Below, piece after piece: positions 1-6,207 of a stretch of 32,000 bases of DNA (within the stretch, counting starts at the first letter, position 1; the number at the start of each line of letters is the position of its first letter). Where the stretch lies: NCBI GenBank assembly GCA_963676105.1, contig OY781039.1, positions 390,001 to 422,000 of the forward strand, in the 5' to 3' direction. The position numbers were made by a program, and so were the translations under genes. Source of the stretch: Erysipelotrichaceae bacterium. Lineage in GTDB: Bacteria > Bacillota_I > Bacilli_A > Erysipelotrichales > Erysipelotrichaceae. The notes beneath the pieces were generated by a model, which was not told the DNA's origin, did not search any database, and was given only the letters and a program-made list of their open reading frames with translations.

Positions 1-2
1 CT

Positions 3-251
3 CGTAAACATAATGAAAAACTATCAAAGAAATTTGTTGAAGAGGCTATCCAAGCTGTTGAAAATGATGAAGCGGGTGAAGTTGTTCGTACTAAGACCGT
101 TGATGCTGAGGAAATGTCCTTAGATGATGCGATTATGCAAATGGAAATGTTAGGACACTCATTCTTCATTTATACAGATGAGGAAGATAAAACAATCTCA
201 GTTGTCTATAAACGCTTAGACGGTGGATATGGCCTACTAGAAACAGCTTAA
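3..251 (+). CDS. hpf: Ribosome hibernation promoting factor (long HPF/YvyD type), C-terminal part; 5' end outside window
   Basis: Codons from nt 3 read ...EEMSLDDAIMQMEMLGHSFFIYTDEEDKTISVVYKRLDGGYGLLETA*, with stop TAA at 249-251. This is the recognisable C-terminal dimerisation domain of long HPFs. Confidence 0.8.
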   Translation, partial: RKHNEKLSKKFVEEAIQAVENDEAGEVVRTKTVDAEEMSLDDAIMQMEMLGHSFFIYTDEEDKTISVVYKRLDGGYGLLETA

Positions 252-260
252 ATAAGTTCT

Positions 261-290
261 AAAATCGGGTGCGTTGCATCCGATTTTATT
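261..290 (+). terminator. Rho-independent terminator of hpf
   Basis: aaaatcgggtgc-gtt-gcatccgatttt: 12-bp stem with one G-U pair and a 3-nt loop, followed by a T-run. Confidence 0.75.
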
Positions 291-298
291 GTTATAAT
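290..298 (+). promoter_or_regulatory. Extended -10 promoter (TGtTATAAT) for sepF-divIVA
   Basis: TG at 290-291 and TATAAT at 293-298. Predicted +1 is near A305, upstream of the SD gaggtg (318-323). Confidence 0.55.
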
Positions 299-330
299 GT
301 GAGTATTGATGAATATAGAGGTGAATAATT

Positions 331-720
331 ATGGGCATCATGGATAAGATTAAAAATTTTACAGCTCCTGTTGAAGATGAGTTGGAGTTTGACGAAGAAG
401 ATTTACCGCTAAGTGACTATGAGGCACCTGCCAATAAAAGTTTTACAAAAGTAGCGAGTGATACAAAAATGGTTCTTTTTGAGCCTAGATCATTTGATGA
501 AGCAGAAGATATTGCACGGCATTTAAAAGACAAAAGAGCAGCTGTTGTTAATTTACATCGATTAAATCGTGAGTTTTCACAACGTACAATTGATTTTTTA
601 ACAGGTGTTATTTTCGCTTTAGATGGTTCAATTCAAAAGATTGGTGCTAATGTTATTTTATGTGCACCTAAAGGTGTTGGTGTTCATGGAAAAATCCAAG
701 TTGACGCATCTGACGAGTAA
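331..720 (+). CDS. sepF: Cell division protein SepF
   Basis: 129 aa. The conserved SepF/DUF552 core is present (MVLFEPRSFDEAEDIARHLKDKRAAVVNLHRL...IDFLTGVIFALDGSIQKIG). SD gaggtg lies 7 nt upstream. The sepF-divIVA-ileS order matches B. subtilis. Confidence 0.9.
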   Translation: MGIMDKIKNFTAPVEDELEFDEEDLPLSDYEAPANKSFTKVASDTKMVLFEPRSFDEAEDIARHLKDKRAAVVNLHRLNREFSQRTIDFLTGVIFALDGSIQKIGANVILCAPKGVGVHGKIQVDASDE

Positions 721-733
721 TTAGGAAAAGATA

Positions 734-1279
734 ATGGACGAAAAGCAAGCAAAGTTTCGAATACTTAAAAAAGGATATGATCGATTTGCGGTTGATAATG
801 AAATTGACCGCTTAACTTTTGACTTGCAACAAAAGGAACAACAATTAGCTTCTTATATGAAAGAAGCACAAGCAGCTTCTGATCAGTTATTGCTTATTAA
901 AGAACGCTATCATTCACTGATGAGTGAAATAAATGTTCGTGAGAAAGCGGCTGATGATATTGCACGCTTAGCTTTACGTGAAGCCAATGCTGTTATTGCT
1001 TCTGCACAAAACAATGCAGATACAATATTAAAAGAAGCATTAAGCACGGCTAAAATGGTTTTAGTAGAGATTGCGCGAATATCTGGTGAAGCAAAAGAAG
1101 TTAAAGCAGATATGAAAGAAAAGCTTGAAGCCTTGACTCTAAGCCTAGAAGCGTTTAAAATTCCTAGTGTTCCAGCATTAAAAATGATGGATATTGTTAA
1201 CAGTAAACAAGACGCGCCACAATTCTTGGATCCACAAGAGAGCTCTGATAAAGCTGAAACAGAGCGTGAAGAGAATTGA
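734..1279 (+). CDS. divIVA: DivIVA domain-containing cell-division/polarity protein
   Basis: 181 aa. The N-terminal DivIVA signature (F..LKKGYDRFAVDNEIDRL) is followed by a long coiled-coil-like Q/E/K/A-rich region. It sits between sepF and ileS. Confidence 0.8.
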   Translation: MDEKQAKFRILKKGYDRFAVDNEIDRLTFDLQQKEQQLASYMKEAQAASDQLLLIKERYHSLMSEINVREKAADDIARLALREANAVIASAQNNADTILKEALSTAKMVLVEIARISGEAKEVKADMKEKLEALTLSLEAFKIPSVPALKMMDIVNSKQDAPQFLDPQESSDKAETEREEN

Positions 1280-1403
1280 AGAGACATCACTTGTTATAAA
1301 TATTGTTCGTAAAACATGCGTTAAATGTTTTGAGTGCAAGATCTTATGGTCTTGAACTAAGGTGGTACCACGCAAAAGCGTCCTTAGATAGGGCGTTTTT
1401 TTT
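1190..1403 (+). promoter_or_regulatory. T-box riboswitch leader, Ile specifier (AUC), controlling ileS
   Basis: Antiterminator: AAGG(1359-62)-UGGUACC bulge(1363-69)-ACGC-AAAA-GCGU-CCUU. Competing terminator: aaagcgtcc/gggcgtttt plus T8 (to 1403). Stem I: caag(1208-11)/cttg(1290-93), caattc(1220-25)/gaattg(1273-78), AG bulge agagag(1237-42), distal hairpin gctctg-ataaagctgaaa-cagagc. AUC(1286-88) followed by A lies directly before the lower helix. The 5' boundary is approximate. Confidence 0.8.
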
Positions 1404-1423
1404 ATTTAAAAGGAGATTACGTG

Positions 1424-4117
1424 ATGGATTACAAAGATACCTTATTAATGCCAAAAACAGAATTTGAAATGAGAGGGAACTTAATAAAAAAAGAACCTGC
1501 ATTTCAAAAACGTTGGGCAGATTTAGACTTATATGTCGCAATGCAAGAAAAAAACAAAGATAAGACCCCTTATGTTTTACATGATGGTCCGCCATATGCC
1601 AATGGAAATATTCATATTGGTCATGCGATGAACCGTACACTTAAAGATTTAGTTTGGCGTTCACACTTTCATATGGGTTATTCTTCACGTTTTGTTCCAG
1701 GATGGGATACACATGGTTTACCAATCGAAACAGCAATCACTAAATTAGGTCACAATCGAAAAGAAATGTCACTTGCTGCATTTAGAGAGCTTTGTGATGT
1801 TTATGCACGTGAACAAATCCAAAAACAAATGGATGATATGAAAGCCTTAGGAACTATTGCTGACTATGATCATTTCTATGCAACACTTCAACCTGAATTT
1901 GAAGGACGTCAAATTGAAATCTTCGGCAAGATGGCGATGGATGGTTTAATCTATAAAGGTTTAAAACCTGTTTATTGGTCACCATCATCTGAATCAGCTT
2001 TAGCTGAAGCTGAAATTGAATATCATGATCGTACGGATTGGGCTATCTTTGTTGCGTTTGATGTAACTGAAGCCAAAGGTCCTGTGCAAGTTGGTGATCG
2101 TTTTGTTATCTGGACAACAACTCCTTGGACAATTCCTGCAAACTTAGCAGTTTGTCTACATCCAGATCTAGACTACAATCGTGTTCAAACGGATAAAGGT
2201 GTCTTAATTGTCACTTCATCTTTAACTGAAAAATTGATGGAGAAGTTCGGTTTAGAAAATACAAAAATTCTTTCAACATTCAAAGGTAGTGAAGTTGAAC
2301 ATTCTGTCTGTAAACATCCTTTTTATGATTCAAACTCAATTGTAATTCTAGGGGATCACGTTTCTGATGAGGATGGTTCAGGTTGTGTTCATACAGCTCC
2401 AGGGCATGGGGATGTTGACTTTATTGTTGGTATGGAATATGGCTTAGAAGCTTATTGTCCTGTTGATGAGCAAGGAAAAATGATGGAATCAGCAGGTGAT
2501 GACTTAGCGGGTTTATATGTCGAAAAAGCAAATGATGTAGTGATTGAAAAACTAGAAAGTTTAAATGCTTTAATGTTTAAAGAAACAATTACCCATAGTT
2601 ACCCACATGATTGGCGTACTAAAAAACCTGTTATCTTTAGAGCTACGAACCAATGGTTTGCATCTATCGAAAAAATTAGAGAAAAACTATTACATGAGAT
2701 TGATGTTGTTAGTTGGTTACCTGAATGGGGTAAACTTCGTATGCACAATATGATTAAAGATCGTGGTGACTGGTGTATTTCAAGACAACGTGCTTGGGGT
2801 GTTCCAATTCCTATCTTCTATGATGAAGAGGGTGAACCAATTATGGATACTAATGTCTTTAATCATGTCGCAAAATTATTCAGAGAACATGGTTCTAATA
2901 TTTGGTTTGAAAAAGAAGCCAAAGAATTATTGCCTGATGGTTATACACATGAAAAATGTCCAAATGGTGTTTTCAAAAAAGAAACAGATATTATGGATGT
3001 TTGGTTTGATTCAGGTTCTTCTCACACTTCAGTTATTGTTGAGCGTGGTGGAGAACTTCCAGTTGATATCTATATTGAAGGATCTGACCAATACCGTGGT
3101 TGGTTCAATAGTTCACTAATTGTATCGACTGCTGTTCATGGACATGCGCCATATAAGAAAGTTGTTTCACATGGCTTTGTTTTAGATGGTAAAGGCGAAA
3201 AAATGTCTAAGTCTTTAGGCAACAGTGTTGACCCTAATAAAGTGGTACATAAATATGGTGCTGATATTTTACGATTATGGGCAAGTAGTATTGATTATCA
3301 ACAAGATGTACGCATTTCAGATGAAATACTTAAGCAAGTTATTGATATGTACAAGAAAATCCGTAATACCTTTAGATTTATGTTAGGTAATGTTTCTGAT
3401 TTTACTGAAGCGGACTTAGTTGCCTTTGAAGATTTAAATCCTCAAAATCAATACATGATGGCTGAAATTAATGATGTTTTAAAAACGTGTGTTAAAGCTT
3501 ATCAAAACTTTGACTACAAAACAGTCACTTCAACTATTTCAAACTTCATGAATACGATGTTATCAGCATATTTCTTAGATTACACAAAAGATATTCTATA
3601 TATTGAAAAACAAAATGGTGAACAACGTCGTGGTGTTCAAACAGTTGTCTATACTGCACTTGATACATTTGTAAAAATCTTAGCACCAATGCTTGTTCAT
3701 ACAACTGAAGAAGTTTGGGATCATTTAAATCCTGACTCAGAATCCATTCATCTACAAGCATTCCCTGAAGTCAAAGACTACAGCGTAAATGAAGAAGAAT
3801 GGGATGCATTGTTTGAACTACGCACAAAAGTATTCAAAGCATTAGAAGAAGCTCGTGCTGAAAAAGTGATAGGTAAATCTTTAGAAGCAAAACTTGTTTT
3901 AGTTCTACCAAAAGATCTAAAATCAAATGTTGAATCTAAGATAACGAAATTAGCTCAATGGTTAACAGTCTCACAATGTGAAGTCAGCGAAGGTGATTTA
4001 AGTGTAAAAGTTGTTAAAGCAGCTGGCACAACCTGTCCTCGTTGTTGGAATGTTGTCGAACATACTCATACTGAAGATGGTTTATGTGATCGTTGTGCAG
4101 AGGTACTTAATGGCTAA
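1424..4117 (+). CDS. ileS: Isoleucyl-tRNA synthetase (bacterial type 1, C-terminal Zn-finger)
   Basis: HIGH motif (NIHIGH), KMSKS motif, and C-terminal CPRCW...CDRC. ATG 1424 is preferred over GTG 1421 because of its spacing to SD aggag (1411-15). Confidence 0.97.
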   Translation: MDYKDTLLMPKTEFEMRGNLIKKEPAFQKRWADLDLYVAMQEKNKDKTPYVLHDGPPYANGNIHIGHAMNRTLKDLVWRSHFHMGYSSRFVPGWDTHGLPIETAITKLGHNRKEMSLAAFRELCDVYAREQIQKQMDDMKALGTIADYDHFYATLQPEFEGRQIEIFGKMAMDGLIYKGLKPVYWSPSSESALAEAEIEYHDRTDWAIFVAFDVTEAKGPVQVGDRFVIWTTTPWTIPANLAVCLHPDLDYNRVQTDKGVLIVTSSLTEKLMEKFGLENTKILSTFKGSEVEHSVCKHPFYDSNSIVILGDHVSDEDGSGCVHTAPGHGDVDFIVGMEYGLEAYCPVDEQGKMMESAGDDLAGLYVEKANDVVIEKLESLNALMFKETITHSYPHDWRTKKPVIFRATNQWFASIEKIREKLLHEIDVVSWLPEWGKLRMHNMIKDRGDWCISRQRAWGVPIPIFYDEEGEPIMDTNVFNHVAKLFREHGSNIWFEKEAKELLPDGYTHEKCPNGVFKKETDIMDVWFDSGSSHTSVIVERGGELPVDIYIEGSDQYRGWFNSSLIVSTAVHGHAPYKKVVSHGFVLDGKGEKMSKSLGNSVDPNKVVHKYGADILRLWASSIDYQQDVRISDEILKQVIDMYKKIRNTFRFMLGNVSDFTEADLVAFEDLNPQNQYMMAEINDVLKTCVKAYQNFDYKTVTSTISNFMNTMLSAYFLDYTKDILYIEKQNGEQRRGVQTVVYTALDTFVKILAPMLVHTTEEVWDHLNPDSESIHLQAFPEVKDYSVNEEEWDALFELRTKVFKALEEARAEKVIGKSLEAKLVLVLPKDLKSNVESKITKLAQWLTVSQCEVSEGDLSVKVVKAAGTTCPRCWNVVEHTHTEDGLCDRCAEVLNG

Positions 4118-4145
4118 AAGATTGGAAATTTCCAATCTTTTTTTT
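4118..4145 (+). terminator. Rho-independent terminator of ileS
   Basis: Perfect 20-nt palindrome agattggaaatttccaatct (4119-4138), followed by a run of 8 T. Confidence 0.85.
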
Positions 4146-4153
4146 GTTATACT
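4145..4153 (+). promoter_or_regulatory. Extended -10 promoter (TGtTATACT); predicted +1 coincides with the A of ATG 4160 (leaderless)
   Basis: TG 4145-46 and TATACT 4148-53. Exactly 6 nt (aggact) separate the hexamer from ATG 4160. There is no usable SD, since AGGA lies only 2 nt from the ATG. Confidence 0.5.
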
Positions 4154-4159
4154 AGGACT

Positions 4160-4891
4160 ATGTTAATTACATCTTCGTCCAATCAAAAATATAAGGATTT
4201 ACTTAAACTACACGAAAGCAAATATCGTAAGAAAACGGGTCTTTTTTTAGTTGAAGGTGAACATTTAATACAAGAAGCTATAAAATTTAATCGACTTCAG
4301 ACTTTAATTATTAAAGAAGGTCAACAACATTCTTTTAAAGTTGATGAAGTCATTGAACTTGATAGAGGATTATTTGATAAGTTATCTCAAACGATATCCA
4401 CGAGTTCTTTAATGGCAGTATGTAAAATAGAGAATATCGAAACCAAGGAAGTTAAACGTGTTTTGGTATGTGAGCGTATCCAAGATCCTGGAAACATGGG
4501 AACTTTAATACGAACAGCGTGTGCCTTTGGTTTTGATCAGATTGTTTGTACTCCTGATTGTGTAGATATTTATAATGAAAAAGTTATCCGTTCAACACAA
4601 GGTGCGCTTTTTCAAATACCCATTACATTTAAACCAATAAACGATATTATTAGTTTTTATAAACGTCAGAATTTTAATATTTTTGCGACAGGATTTAAAG
4701 ACAGTGTCGAATTAGCAAAAATCAAAGAGGATTATCCAATATGCATTATGCTTGGCAATGAAGGACAAGGTCTAAGTGATTTTGCATTAAATGCAGCAGA
4801 CAAGACTATTTCGATTGAAATGAATGACTTCGATAGCTTAAATGTTGCGGTAGCTGGGGCAATACTGATGTATCGCTTTAGAAGGTCTTGA
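4160..4891 (+). CDS. TrmH/SpoU-family RNA 2'-O-methyltransferase (B. subtilis YsgA-like)
   Basis: 243 aa with SpoU motifs (QDPGNMGTLIRTA, MLGNEGQGLS, SLNVAVAGAILMY). The N-terminus aligns with my recollection of B. subtilis YsgA. It sits immediately upstream of pheST, as ysgA does. Confidence 0.88.
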   Translation: MLITSSSNQKYKDLLKLHESKYRKKTGLFLVEGEHLIQEAIKFNRLQTLIIKEGQQHSFKVDEVIELDRGLFDKLSQTISTSSLMAVCKIENIETKEVKRVLVCERIQDPGNMGTLIRTACAFGFDQIVCTPDCVDIYNEKVIRSTQGALFQIPITFKPINDIISFYKRQNFNIFATGFKDSVELAKIKEDYPICIMLGNEGQGLSDFALNAADKTISIEMNDFDSLNVAVAGAILMYRFRRS

Positions 4892-4916
4892 ACAAAAAAC
4901 TTAAGTAGGTTACAAT
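4888..4916 (+). promoter_or_regulatory. Sigma-A-type promoter of the pheST leader (TTGAAC-17-TACAAT)
   Basis: -35 ttgaac at 4888-93 (overlaps the methyltransferase stop), a 17-nt spacer, and -10 tacaat at 4911-16. Confidence 0.55.
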
Positions 4917-4922
4917 AATCGA

Positions 4923-5136
4923 GTAAATCGCATAGGGACCAAGTAATGAATCGCCCGGTATTAAAAGAGATATCAATCATTGGCTGAAAGTTGATAAAAT
5001 AGGATTCATGAATTCACCCCTTAGATGAGCTAATCCCTCACGGCAATCACCGTTATCAGATACTAAAGCTGTGTTGTTAAGCAACAAAGCAGGATGGTAC
5101 CGCGATCAATTCGTTCCTGTAGTAGGAACTTTTTTT
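4923..5136 (+). promoter_or_regulatory. T-box riboswitch leader, Phe specifier (UUC), controlling pheST
   Basis: Specifier loop: 5' side accAAGUAa; 3' side u-GAA-UUC(5013-15)-A, then helix ccc/ggg. Helix tgaatc(4947-52)/gattca(5003-08). AG bulge agaga plus distal hairpin tatcaa-tcattggctgaaag-ttgata. Antiterminator AGGA-UGGUACC(5095-5101)-GCGA...UCGU-UCCU. Terminator gttcc-tgtagta-ggaac plus T7 (5113-5136). Confidence 0.9.
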
Positions 5137-5154
5137 ATGTTTAGGAGAAGAAAC

Positions 5155-6198
5155 ATGGATACAAAGACAGATTTAAAAACGCTGATTCAAGATGTAAAAA
5201 CAGCACTTGAAAAGCAAAAGGACTTAGGTGGACTTCAACAGATTAGAAATACCTATTTGTCTAAAAAAGGCATTATTTCAGGCTTGATGAGTGAAATGAG
5301 AAATCTACCAAATGAAGAGAAACCTGCATTTGGGGCTCAAGTTAACAAGTTGAAACAAGAAGTTGAAAGTTTAATCGCTGAAACAGAAGTAAAACTTCAA
5401 GAAAAAGCATTAACCCTTAAACTTCAAAATGAAAGCATTGATTTAACATTACCAGCTTCACAATTTAAAGTTGGAACTCAACATCCTTTAACTTTAGTTC
5501 AAAGAGAAATTGAAGAATTCTTTATCTCAATGGGTTATTTAGTTGAAGAAGGACCTGAAGTTGAAAAAGATTACTATAATTTTGAACGTGCAAATATTCC
5601 ACAAGATCATCCTGCTCGTGATATGCAAGATACGTTCTATATCAATATGGATTATCTATTAAGAACCCATACGACAGCGATTCAAACAAGAACGCTTGAA
5701 GCGTATGGTGGTGAAGTACCAATCAAAGTTATTTGTCCTGGTAAGGTATATCGAAAAGATGATGATGATGCGACTCATTCACATCAATTCGTTCAAATGG
5801 AAGGATTAGTTGTGGGTCATAAAATATCTATGGCTGATTTAAAAGGTACCTTATCGGCTTTAGCAAAACATTTATTTGGTGAAAGTCGTGTTATACGTTT
5901 TAGACCTTCCTATTTCCAATTTACTGAACCTTCAGTTGAAGTTGATGTTAGCTGTCATATTTGTGATGGTAAAGGGTGTTCAACTTGTAAGGGAACAGGT
6001 TGGATTGAAATTTTAGGTGCTGGTACTGTACATCCAAATGTTCTAAGCATGGCAGGCTTTGACCCAGAAAAAGTTAGTGGCTTTGCCTTTGGGATTGGTG
6101 TAGAGCGTGTAGCTATGTTGAAATATGGGGTTGATGATATTCGTCAGTTCTATCGTAATGATTTAAGATTCTTAAGTGATTTCAAACGTTTTGAGTAG
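5155..6198 (+). CDS. pheS: Phenylalanyl-tRNA synthetase alpha subunit
   Basis: Class II aaRS motifs. Start moved to ATG 5155 (MDTKTDL...) with SD aggaga at 5143-48. The track start at 5071 lies inside the T-box antiterminator/terminator. Confidence 0.96.
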   Translation: MDTKTDLKTLIQDVKTALEKQKDLGGLQQIRNTYLSKKGIISGLMSEMRNLPNEEKPAFGAQVNKLKQEVESLIAETEVKLQEKALTLKLQNESIDLTLPASQFKVGTQHPLTLVQREIEEFFISMGYLVEEGPEVEKDYYNFERANIPQDHPARDMQDTFYINMDYLLRTHTTAIQTRTLEAYGGEVPIKVICPGKVYRKDDDDATHSHQFVQMEGLVVGHKISMADLKGTLSALAKHLFGESRVIRFRPSYFQFTEPSVEVDVSCHICDGKGCSTCKGTGWIEILGAGTVHPNVLSMAGFDPEKVSGFAFGIGVERVAMLKYGVDDIRQFYRNDLRFLSDFKRFE

Positions 6199-6207
6199 GA
6201 GAGAAAA

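Noticed and set aside
910-1290. 126-aa ORF antisense to divIVA
   Set aside because: It is entirely nested antisense to a coiled-coil gene rich in GAA/AAA/GCT codons, whose reverse complements avoid stops. Its S/A/L-rich low-complexity product and the lack of an SD or promoter mark it as a typical shadow ORF.
1344-1640. 98-aa minus-strand ORF spanning the ileS start and the T-box terminator
   Set aside because: It overlaps a well-supported T-box expression platform and the conserved ileS N-terminus. It has no SD and no recognisable product.
2763-3119. 118-aa alternative-frame ORF inside ileS. Similar nested ORFs occur at 3546-3761, 6666-6944, 7883-8065, 12920-13117, 17288-17491, 18835-19044, 24179-24437, 24908-25117, 25446-25658 and 26556-26762.
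   Set aside because: All are nested within strongly conserved housekeeping CDSs in other frames or strands, and none has initiation signals. They are expected by chance in AT-rich DNA.
4119-4138. Perfect 20-nt palindrome agattggaaatttccaatct as a possible protein operator or mobile-element inverted repeat
   Set aside because: It is followed directly by T8 right after the ileS stop codon. It is fully explained as an intrinsic terminator, and there is no second copy in the window.
4141-4155. Recurring cTTTGTTATA(C/A)TAG motif (also at 288-300, 8594-8607, 24696-24709 and 27488-27499) as a dispersed repeat element
   Set aside because: Each copy sits at promoter distance upstream of a gene and matches the TGnTATAAT extended -10 consensus. 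The shared flanks are just T-rich spacer. I interpret these as the lineage's promoter consensus, not a mobile or repeat element.
5071-5154. N-terminal extension of pheS from GTG 5071 in the ORF track
   Set aside because: The extension would be translated from the T-box antiterminator/terminator (ggatggtaccgcg ... gttcctgtagtaggaacttttttt). ATG 5155 has a proper SD and gives a normal PheS N-terminus.
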